A stretch of DNA of 64,000 nucleotides from the NCBI GenBank assembly GCA_963735845.1, contig CAVTMN010000007.1, positions 197,014-261,013 of the forward strand. Reading direction: 5' to 3'. The position numbers and the translations under genes are program-made. Source of the DNA: Vulcanimicrobiota bacterium (lineage in GTDB: Bacteria > Vulcanimicrobiota > Vulcanimicrobiia > Vulcanimicrobiales > Vulcanimicrobiaceae). This document shows, in pieces, positions 22,489 to 30,412 of the stretch (position 1 is its first letter; every line of letters starts with the position of its first letter). The notes beneath the pieces are model-generated. The model was not told the DNA's origin. It saw only the letters and a program-made list of their open reading frames with translations, and did no database searches.

Positions 22489-22940
22489 CTGATCACCTCG
22501 TCGACGCGGCCGGTGAGCGAAACGTACGTTCCGGCCTTGGTTTTGATCGACAAAAGGACGCCTCGCGGCGGAAGCTGTGCCGACGAGTGCGTCAGAGGTT
22601 GCGTGGTTTGGCTCGGATTGATGTAGACGGTTCCCGAGGCCAGTGGAACGTGCCGTTTGGCGCCGTACTGATAGAGCGTCGCATCGTAAGGGATGCAGCG
22701 CAGGAGCTCGCCGACCTTCGTGCAGGCCGCTTTGCCGAGGACGAATGTTCCTTGACCGTCGCTCGACGTGATCGCCATGCTCTCGTCGCGAATGGCAATC
22801 CGGACGCCGGCGTAGGTTTTCGTGGTTCCGTCGCGCTGTTGGATGACGACCGTTCCAGTTGCGCCGGCGGGACCCGCAAACGCCGAAACGAGGATCACGA
22901 GCGCGACAAGGAGGAGACGCCTTTCAATGGTGCCTTGCAT
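22485..22940 (-). CDS. Secreted hypothetical protein, translationally coupled to the low-complexity gene
   Basis: Internal ATG 22940 (MQGTIERRLLLVALVILVSAFAGPAGA) gives a 151-aa product. The Arg-rich upstream part of ORF 22485..23228 looks non-coding. ATGA overlap at 22485-22488. Confidence 0.55.
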   Translation of the reverse strand: MQGTIERRLLLVALVILVSAFAGPAGATGTVVIQQRDGTTKTYAGVRIAIRDESMAITSSDGQGTFVLGKAACTKVGELLRCIPYDATLYQYGAKRHVPLASGTVYINPSQTTQPLTHSSAQLPPRGVLLSIKTKAGTYVSLTGRVDEVIR

Positions 22941-22962
22941 AATGGTATTGTACGACCTAACG

Positions 22963-23350
22963 ATGCTCGAGAGCCAGACCGGCACGATTCTGATATTCAC
23001 CGGCGCCTTAACCCTGCTTGCCGCAGCTGCAGTCGTGGCGCCGGCCGGCAGTTTTGCGCGCCGTGTTCGGCAGCACCGCGCCCGACCGCGTCGCTCGCGC
23101 GGTAGCGAGGCACTGGGGCCTGCTCGTCGCGCTCTTCGGGGCGCTGCTCGTATACGCCGGCTATCACCCGGAGGTGCGCGTGCCGGTGATGCTCGCCGCG
23201 GCGATCGAGAAGCTTGGCGTCGCCGCAATCTTCGGGGTCGCGCTGCCGCGCCGCCCGCTACTCGTTGCGATTATCGCCGGCGACGCAGCAATGGCGATTA
23301 TTTATCTCGTGATTCTCAGCGCGTCGCTGCGATCGTTGCCGACGCAATAA
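22963..23350 (+). CDS. Small multi-pass membrane protein; one frame break
   Basis: MLESQTGTILIFTGALTLLAAAAVVAPAG (frame of ORF 22822..23406) joins ORF 23018..23350 (..HWGLLVALFGALLVYAGY..AIIAGDAAMAIIYLVIL) near ~23045. Confidence 0.45.
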
Positions 23351-23413
23351 CCGGCGCGTTTACTCGTGGCTCTGCGGCGGATTACCGGTGTCGGACCCGG
23401 GTATAAGCGACGC

Positions 23414-23761
23414 ATGAGAGCAACCTGGAAACCGCACGAAAAGCACGGGCGCCTTACCAAACAGAGCGATCTGCCCGATAGCGTGTACGCGTTCCCCTCA
23501 GAGCGCAAGGAGCCGCTCACGGACGCCCGGCACGTCCGCAACGCCGTGGCGCGCTTCGATCAAGTGACCGGCGTCTCGGATCGCGAGCGGGCCCTCGCCT
23601 TCGCCAACATCAAGAAAGCGGCCGAGTACTACGACGTCGATCTCTCTGAGAGCTTCATGGCACGACCTCGGCGTCCACCCGCAGCGCGACCGCAAGGCGG
23701 CCGCCCGCAAAGCGGTGGCGACGCGCAAGCGCAAAACGGTGGCGGGCGGGTCGTCACGTAA
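23414..23761 (+). CDS. Conserved hypothetical protein (DUF6582-like, tentative)
   Basis: MRATWKPHEKHGRLTKQSDLPDSVYAFPSERKEPLTDARHVRNAVARFDQV... An alternative frame from ~23655 gives a Lys/Arg-rich tail ending at 23789, so the 3' end is uncertain. Confidence 0.4.
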   Translation: MRATWKPHEKHGRLTKQSDLPDSVYAFPSERKEPLTDARHVRNAVARFDQVTGVSDRERALAFANIKKAAEYYDVDLSESFMARPRRPPAARPQGGRPQSGGDAQAQNGGGRVVT

Positions 23762-23814
23762 GAAGAAGGGATCGCGCAAGAGCACATAATCTAGCTCATC
23801 CGGAGGTTAGGACG

Positions 23815-24012
23815 ATGGATAAGATGCCGCACGAGCACTCCAACGGGACGGTGCATACGCACGAAGGCGACAAACCGGGCCACACGCACGATCATTTGCA
23901 CCCTCACGAGCATTACGACGGAACCGTCCACACGCACGAGCACAGCCACGACGGCTCGGATGCCGATCACCAGCACGAGCACGAAGAGGCTGCGCGCGAT
24001 GCCTCGAGCTAA
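23815..24012 (+). CDS. Histidine-rich small protein (candidate Ni/metal-binding peptide)
   Basis: GGAGG lies 8 nt upstream of the ATG. The 65-aa product has 17 His: MDKMPHEHSNGTVHTHEGDKPGHTHDHLHPHEHYDGTVHTHEHSHDGSDADHQHEHEE.., with GTVHTHE repeated twice. Confidence 0.6.
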   Translation: MDKMPHEHSNGTVHTHEGDKPGHTHDHLHPHEHYDGTVHTHEHSHDGSDADHQHEHEEAARDASS

Positions 24013-24364
24013 GGGATCGGGAAAACTTGGTCCGGTGAGATCGCTGCGGTTGCCGCTCGAACTCGATGGTTGGTTCGAGCAACGGCTGCGCGACGATGGG
24101 GCTCGCCCTGCGAGCGACATTCTCTTAGAGGCCGTACACGGCGGCTTACGCCTGCAGCCCGGTTATATGATTCGGCAGCACCGCGCGCTCGGCGAGCTGG
24201 TTCGGGCCGGCGACCGGATTCACTACGATTCGTACGTTCGCGCGCTGGCCGACTCGTTCGGGAGCGCGTACGTCAACCATCTCGAGGCGTGGCTCTTTGC
24301 CGACGGAACGCTTCCATTCGATACGGAAACCTCGACCGAAGCAGGAATTGCCGCTACGCGATAA
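23999..24364 (+). CDS. Ribbon-helix-helix (CopG/Arc-like) DNA-binding protein, tentative
   Basis: ATG 23999 overlaps the end of the His-rich ORF by 14 nt. VRSLRLPLELDGWFEQRLRDDGARPASDILLEAV fits a strand-helix-helix N-terminus. Confidence 0.45.
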   Translation: MPRAKGSGKLGPVRSLRLPLELDGWFEQRLRDDGARPASDILLEAVHGGLRLQPGYMIRQHRALGELVRAGDRIHYDSYVRALADSFGSAYVNHLEAWLFADGTLPFDTETSTEAGIAATR

Positions 24365-25318
24365 CGCTGCAGGGCGTGGAGTCCCATCGAGCCTGCCCAT
24401 GCTAGCGCGAACGCACCGACGATCGCGAATCCAAGCCAGCCCACCGAGACGTTCGCGCCCGCGATGCTCGCCAACTCGACGCCGCCAACGACGACGGCAA
24501 TCAGTACCGATGCCGTCGTGATGCCGAGATTGTAGTAGAGCTTGCGTTCGGGCTTGAGAAAGGCCCAACCGTACGCGCCGAGCATTAGGACTCCGTCGGT
24601 CGTATCGACGAGCGACATCCCGGCGGTAAACAACGCCGGGAAGATCAGGATCGCCCAGACCGGTAAGCCTTTACCGGCTTCGATCGCCGCGATGCCGAGG
24701 AGACCGACCTCGGTGGCGGTGTCGAAGCCGAGACCGAAAAGCACGCCGATAAGATACATGTGGCGGCTTCGCGTGACCAAGCGCAGCAGAGGCTTGAAGA
24801 AACGCCCCAGCAACCCGCGTCGATCGAGCGATTCGCCGAGGCTCTCCTCGCAGAACGTTCCGTTCTTGTCGCAGCCGCAGCAGCGCTTGCACGATGTCGA
24901 CCAGCACGAACGCGTTGATGGCGGCGATAACGAACAGGAAGGCCGCCGAAATGCCGGTGCCGGCCAGCCCCCCAAAGTTTTCCAAGCTCGGGAGGTGCGA
25001 GCGAATGCTTCCCGCGCCGAGTACGATGGCGAGCGTCAGCAGTACCACGATGGTCGAATGCCCGAGCGAGAAGAACAGGCCGACGCCGACCGGCCGTTGT
25101 CCCTCTTGCATCAGCTTGCGCGTGACGTTGTCGATCGCGCAGATGTGATCGGCATCCACGGCGTGGCGCAATCCGAACGTGTAGGCGAGCAGCGCCGTGC
25201 CTAACAACAGCGCGTGCGGCGGAGCGAAGAAACGAAAGGCGGCGACCCAGACGAGCACGTTGGCTCCAAGCAGGAGCGCGTACGTGATTACAATCTTCGC
25301 GCGCGTGGATTCGGCCAC
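24223..25318 (-). CDS. HoxN/HupN/NixA-family nickel/cobalt permease (NiCoT); one frame break
   Basis: Signature motifs RHAVDADHICAIDN and FFSLGHSTIV, then LFGLGFDTATEV in the second frame. The break is near ~24870. The 3' 140 nt overlap the convergent RHH gene, so the true stop may be earlier. Confidence 0.85.
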
Positions 25319-25372
25319 GCGATCGCGTTCTACGCTACGAAGACCCGAACCGCCGCGTTTCTGTAGACAAAT

Positions 25373-27961
25373 TCACGAGGGAGCGGTTTGTGCGAAACCG
25401 GTACGATCGCGCCGCATCGCGTCTTGTGCCAACGTTTGCGCCAGCTCTCGCCGAACTTCGGCGAGATATGAGGCGTACGGTGCGAACCAGCTCCAGCCGG
25501 CCACGTGCGCCGGCGTGCGATCGCTCCAGCTTGCCAGCAGCCGTTCCACGCGCTGCCGTTGCGACTCGCCCAATATCCCCGCGCCGCGTACCGAGTGCAG
25601 GACGTTCTCGGTCTCGCGAACGTCGCTGCCGACGTGCTCCCCAAGCGCGTATCCGTTTCTCGCGTTTTGAATTGACTCGCGATCTCCGAGTTGCGCGCGC
25701 GTCCGCGAGACGCACATCTTCAAGGCGTTGACGGCGCCTTTTCGGTCGAGCGCCGGCCAAAGGGCGGCGGCCAGCTCTTCGTTGACCGTGCCGCTCTCGA
25801 AGAGGGAGAGCGCGGCAAGCAGTTCGAGGCCGCGATCGGAGACGTGAAGGATCTCCGAGCCGCGCCGGACGTGACCGTGGATGACGTCGACGAAGAGCCG
25901 GTCGTGGCGCGCTCGCAGCGGCGATCGCGCGACGCGCGCGGCGAGACCTTTAAAAATTCCGTAATCTTCCAGTTCCGGCGAATCTACGAGCAGCTCGATC
26001 GACGTTTGAAGCGGCGGCGATTCGATCGAAGCGGCAATCGTGCGCGCCTCGAGCAGCCGGCGGCGTTGCGGCGGAGCGAGCAGCGCCGCGCATACGCGGA
26101 TGACGACCCGCAGAAAGTCGTTCTCGCTCCCGTCGATACGCTCGATTGCGCGATCCATCAACGCGACGGCCCGATCTCCGTCGTAAGAGGTTAGCGCCTC
26201 TTGAAGGTCGGCGAATGCCGCAGACTCTATTGCGTCTCCGTCCCGCGCACCGCTGACGACGAGGATCTGGCGTGCCGCCGCGACGCGATCGTCATCGTCG
26301 CGGAACCATGCCGCCTGCGCCACTGCCCGCGCCGCCTCGACGATGCGCTCGCTAGGCCCGGTGCGCAGGGCCGATGCCAGGCGCTCTTCGGCGAGTTTGA
26401 GGAGATCGTCCCAGTTGCCGTGCGTCGTCGCTTTTGCCGCAGCGATCTGAGCGCGCTCCTCGTCAAAGCGTAGATGTCGCGCTTCGTAGATCCCGGCCGC
26501 CTCTTCGACGAAACGGTCGGCATCGATGAAGCGACCCTGCTTGGCGGCGACCACGGCTGCAGTCATCAAAGCGAGGCGCTGTTCTTCGGGCGTTTCGCCG
26601 GGTGATGCCAGCGCGGCCAGGTCGGCGAGCGTTGCGCGCGCCTCCGCGAGCCGGTCGAGCTCGCACGCAAGCATCGCCCGCCGCACGCCGAGACGCCGGT
26701 AGAGCGCCGGAGAGGCGTCGGGCGAGATCGCCTGTTGCAGCGCTGCGGCTTCTTGGTAGAGACGCGCGGCGTCGGCACTACGCTGCCGGTATTTGAGCGC
26801 CGCAATCCACAAGTTGGGACGCGTCGCCAGCGACGAAACCGGAATCTTGGCGAGGGCGTCGACTAATCGCGAGGACGGCTGCTGCAAGGTTTCGAGAGGC
26901 AGGCGATCGAGAATGCCGGCTGCGGCCTCGCGTTCGCCGGCGACGTTGTAAAGCTCCGCGGCTCGCAAGAAGTCACCCACGCGCTCGTTTCCGCGCGCCG
27001 CTCGCAGTACGTAATCGGCAAAGTCGCTACCGTGCCGGGCGCGCAGTGCCGGGTGCAGCAACGGATGTAACGTATACGTTCCGGATTCGTACGTGATGAA
27101 GCCGGGGAGGCGCAATAAACCTTCGATAACCGGCGAGGCGTGTGCGATGCCGCTCGCAACGGAGATGTCTTCGAGCGTTGCGTGCGGGATGGCCGCCGCG
27201 GCCAGCATCGTCGACGTCATCTCCGCGGTTAGCGCCGAGAGCACCTCGTTGACGAGATACTCGTGCAGATCGGTCGGTATGGTGCCGAGCCGGTCGAGCA
27301 GTCCGCCGAGGTCGGCTTCGTAATGCGCGATGCGTGCCAGCAACAGCAGTGCGATCGGCCACCCTTCGGCCAAACGGACGATGCGATCGATCGTCGGTTC
27401 TGCGAGATCGGTGCCCTGGAAGATGGCCGCCGCTTCTTCGGCGTCGAGCTGCAACTCTTCGCGCGACAGCGTGAGCACTTGATGCGGCTCCAAGTAACGC
27501 GCGACGTCGAGCGGCAGGGGCCGTCGCGAACTTACTAGCAGCACGCGCTCGGCCGGACGCGCAGCCAGGAGATCTCCGATGAGCGCAAGCACGCTGGGCT
27601 GCCCGGCGATAGTATCGGCGCTTTCGAGAATCAACAGCGCGCGCTCTTGACGGAGCTTCCAGAACTCGAGCAGCGCCCGACTCCAGGCGGCTTCGCCGGC
27701 TTCGGTCGCGTGCAGCGCCAATCGGGTGCGCGCGATGGCCTCTCCGCCGGGCGATTCGCCGGCGAGCGCCGCCATCAGACGTCCGGCGAAGTCGACGGTT
27801 CCGGCAAGCTCGGCGCAGTTGCAAATCGCGTGACGATCGAATCGGCGAGCGAAAAGCTCGGCGAAATCCGTCTTGCCGTAACCCGGCGGGGCGCAAAGAA
27901 GTACGAGGCGCGGTTCGGCTGCACCGAGGCGGGCCAGCAAGCGCCGGCGGGCGAGAATCAT
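25373..27961 (-). CDS. MalT-like STAND ATPase with C-terminal OmpR/SARP-type winged-helix plus BTAD-like module
   Basis: ATG 27961 overlaps the hypB stop (ATGA). Walker A is [11 protein letters not shown], and [13 protein letters not shown] is MalT-like. A long helical-repeat middle follows. The C-terminus ([25 protein letters not shown]...[22 protein letters not shown]) looks like a trans_reg_C/SARP wHTH. The 862 aa are intact. This is the distal part of the 995-aa track ORF. Confidence 0.72.
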   Translation of the reverse strand: MILARRRLLARLGAAEPRLVLLCAPPGYGKTDFAELFARRFDRHAICNCAELAGTVDFAGRLMAALAGESPGGEAIARTRLALHATEAGEAAWSRALLEFWKLRQERALLILESADTIAGQPSVLALIGDLLAARPAERVLLVSSRRPLPLDVARYLEPHQVLTLSREELQLDAEEAAAIFQGTDLAEPTIDRIVRLAEGWPIALLLLARIAHYEADLGGLLDRLGTIPTDLHEYLVNEVLSALTAEMTSTMLAAAAIPHATLEDISVASGIAHASPVIEGLLRLPGFITYESGTYTLHPLLHPALRARHGSDFADYVLRAARGNERVGDFLRAAELYNVAGEREAAAGILDRLPLETLQQPSSRLVDALAKIPVSSLATRPNLWIAALKYRQRSADAARLYQEAAALQQAISPDASPALYRRLGVRRAMLACELDRLAEARATLADLAALASPGETPEEQRLALMTAAVVAAKQGRFIDADRFVEEAAGIYEARHLRFDEERAQIAAAKATTHGNWDDLLKLAEERLASALRTGPSERIVEAARAVAQAAWFRDDDDRVAAARQILVVSGARDGDAIESAAFADLQEALTSYDGDRAVALMDRAIERIDGSENDFLRVVIRVCAALLAPPQRRRLLEARTIAASIESPPLQTSIELLVDSPELEDYGIFKGLAARVARSPLRARHDRLFVDVIHGHVRRGSEILHVSDRGLELLAALSLFESGTVNEELAAALWPALDRKGAVNALKMCVSRTRAQLGDRESIQNARNGYALGEHVGSDVRETENVLHSVRGAGILGESQRQRVERLLASWSDRTPAHVAGWSWFAPYASYLAEVRRELAQTLAQDAMRRDRTGFAQTAPS

Positions 27962-28641
27962 CCAGCCGGAGCGAGCGATTTCGTGCGGATCATCTCCTCG
28001 AGTAGCGAGAACCACTCGTCCATCCCTGCTCCGGTTCGCGCCGAAAGCTCGAGAATCCGCGCCTCTGGATTGACTTGGCGGATGCTGTGCGATCGCTGCC
28101 GCGCGATCGTAGCCCACGGCCTCGGCGATGTCGATCTTAGTGATCGTCGCGACCTGCGAAGTATTGAACGCCAGCGGATATTTGAGCGGCTTGTCCTCGC
28201 CTTCGGTCACGGAAAAAAGCACGACGCGCAGGTCTTCACCGAGATCGTATTCGGCCGGACAGATCAGGTTGCCGACGTTCTCGATAAAGAGCACGTCGAA
28301 GCGGCGCGTCGATCCAATCGTCGAGTGCCTTCGGCAATCATGTCGGCGTCGAGGCGGCATTCGGCACCGGTGGTGATTTGACGCACGGCGGCGCCGTCGC
28401 GGCTCAAACGTATCGCGTCGTTGTCGGTGGCTTGATCGCCGACGAGCACGCCGACTTTATAGCGAGGTCCAAGCCGTTCCAGCGTGCGTTCGAGCAGCGT
28501 CGTTTTACCGGAGCCGGGGCTCGACAGCACGTTGACGACGAGCGTTCCGCTCGCAGCAAAGCGTTCCCGAAGTCGGTTTGCGATCGCGTCGTTCTTTACC
28601 ATGAGATTACGCGCGATAGCGATGACGCGCATCTGGTTCAT
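27958..28641 (-). CDS. hypB: Hydrogenase nickel-incorporation GTPase HypB; two frame breaks
   Basis: [43 protein letters not shown] / [42 protein letters not shown] / [26 protein letters not shown]. Breaks near ~28330 and ~28085. There is no His-rich or CxxCGC N-terminus. Confidence 0.9.
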
Positions 28642-28985
28642 GCCGGAACCTCCATTGCGACGAGTTCCATTTCACGTCCCCGAACGACGCGAGGCGAGAC
28701 GGTTTCACAGTCAGGGCAGAGTAATCCCGAGCCGGGCCGCGGTGCGCGTTCGCCGAGACACCGCTCGCAGTAGACGACCAGCGGAATCTCTTCGAGGCGC
28801 AGTTGACTGCCTTCGCAGATCGTCTCGGCCGTGACGGCATCCCAGGAGAAGAGCAAGGCGTCGCGGACGATGCCGCTCAGCGCTCCGATGCGGACGTGGA
28901 CCGCATTGACGCGGTCGATCCCCTGCTCGCGGGCGGTCGTTTCGACGCCCTCTAAGAGACTGAGCGCTACCGAGATCTCGTGCAA
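28638..28985 (-). CDS. hypA: Hydrogenase nickel-insertion protein HypA
   Basis: TTG 28985 is preceded by AAGGAAGG at 7 nt and gives the canonical MHEIS N-terminus. Zn site CERC...CPDC. ATGA overlap with hypB. Confidence 0.85.
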   Translation of the reverse strand: MHEISVALSLLEGVETTAREQGIDRVNAVHVRIGALSGIVRDALLFSWDAVTAETICEGSQLRLEEIPLVVYCERCLGERAPRPGSGLLCPDCETVSPRVVRGREMELVAMEVPA

Positions 28986-29027
28986 ACGTTCGCCTTCCTT
29001 GCGACAGATCGGTCGAGCATTAACCAT

Positions 29028-29370
29028 AACCGTTGGCGGGGGATTTGAAAAGCGGGTTCAGCGCCGGTGACCCGCCGGGTGCTCGCTCACTCGTAACCGT
29101 TCGGTAACGCCCTTTCGCCTGCCGGTTGCCTACGGAATTTAGGGCGCGCGTTCGCTCGGGAGCGGCCGTTCGCGCAGAGCCTCAGCGAATCTCAAAAGCC
29201 GGCGGGTGCAGTAACAATTCGGTAACCGATTTGTGCGCATTTCCCCGATAAAACAGCAGCCGCACACCCTTGTAATTCGCAATTGTTTTCACTAGCCTGA
29301 TTAGTACGGTGTCCTGCGCGCCGCTGCGCGAGGTTCGGTTTTGCGGCGCATTACGTGTGAGGATAATTGC
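29028..29370. promoter_or_regulatory. Divergent hypA / hydrogenase structural-gene control region
   Basis: 343-nt non-coding gap. TTCGGTAAC occurs twice (29100-29108 and 29218-29226). The second copy sits inside the near-palindrome AATTCGGTAACCGATTT (29216-29232). A sigma70-like TTGTAA (29270-29275), 17-nt spacer and TAGCCT (29293-29298) lie upstream of ATG 29371. Confidence 0.35.
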
Positions 29371-30392
29371 ATGGCGGAAACAGTCGTAAACGTCCTCTGG
29401 ATCCCGGCCGGACTTAGCTGCGACGGCGATTCGGTAGCGCTAACGGGCGCGATCGCAGCCTAGCATCGAGGAGATCGCCCTCGGCGCCCTTCCCGGACTG
29501 CCCCCCGTCAAGTTCCACTGGCCGCTGATCGAGTTTAGTTTGGGCGGCTCGGAGTTTCTCGAGGCCTTTTTCAAGGCCGAACGCGGCGAGCTCGACCCGT
29601 TCGTTTTAGTGATCGAAGGCTCGATCGCCAACGAAGAGATCAAAAAAGAAGGCTACTTCACGGGCTTTGGCAACGCGCCGGGAACCGATCAGCCGATTAC
29701 GTTCAGCGGTTGGATCGATCGCTTATCGCCCAAGAGCGTGGGCCATTTTGGCCGCTGGAACGTGCGCGACGTACGGCGGCATCCATGCGATGGCCGGCAA
29801 TCCGACCGGAGCGATGGGCATTCTCGATTATCTCGGCTGCGACTGGAAATCGAGCGCGGGCGTTCCCATCGTTTGCGTACCCGGATGTCCGATCCAGCCG
29901 GACAATCTCTCGGAAACGATTCTCTATCTGCTTTGGCAGGCTGCAGGACGAGCTCCGATGATTCCCACTCGACGACGCGGGCCGGCCGACCTGGCTCTTC
30001 GGCAACACCGTGCACGAAGGTTGCGATCGGGCCGGTTACTACGAGCAGGGCGAGTTCGCCACGGAATACGATTCGCCCACGTGCTTGGTCAAGCTCGGCT
30101 GCTGGGGACCGGTCGTTAAGTGCAACGTTCCCAAGCGCGGCTGGATGGGCGGCGTCGGAGGCTGTCCCAACGTCGGCGGAATCTGCATCGGCTGCACGAT
30201 GCCGGGCTTCCCCGACAAGTTCATGCCGTTCATGGACGAGCCGCCGGGCGGCAAGATCTCGTCGACGGTCACGCACCGCGACCGGCACGGTCGATCAAGG
30301 CATTGCGCAACTTCACGACGGCAACGCTCGACAAGGAGCCGAGTTGGCGCCATAAGGGCAAGCAGCTCACGACGGGCTACATTAAAGGCTGA
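29371..30392 (+). CDS. hhyS: [NiFe]-hydrogenase small subunit, group 1h/5 type (no Tat signal); about four frame breaks
   Basis: GAGGA lies upstream of ATG 29371. The stitched sequence reads: MAETVVNVLWIPAGLSCDGDSVALTGA / QPSIEEIALGALPGLPPVKFHWPLIEF..DPFVLVIEGSI / AILAAGTCATYGGIHAMAGNPTGAMGILDYLG..VCVPGCPIQPDN / WLFGNTVHEGCDRAGYYEQGEF..VKLGCWGPVVKCNV..GGCPNVGGICIGCTMPGFPDKFMPFMD / ALRNFTTATLDKEPSWRHK. Breaks near ~29450, ~29740, ~29965 and ~30275. Confidence 0.9.
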
Positions 30393-30412
30393 CGACGGAG
30401 CGTACGAGAACG

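Noticed and set aside
23999-24364. Calling the RHH protein NikR
   Set aside because: Only the N-terminal strand-helix-helix pattern fits. The C-terminal ~70 aa lack the His/Cys nickel-site pattern of the NikR regulatory domain as far as I can see.
25373-28360. 995-aa ORF as one protein
   Set aside because: The first ~130 codons are the middle of hypB ([24 protein letters not shown]...) read through after an indel. hypB really ends at TGA 27958-27960 in another frame, and the STAND gene starts at ATG 27961.
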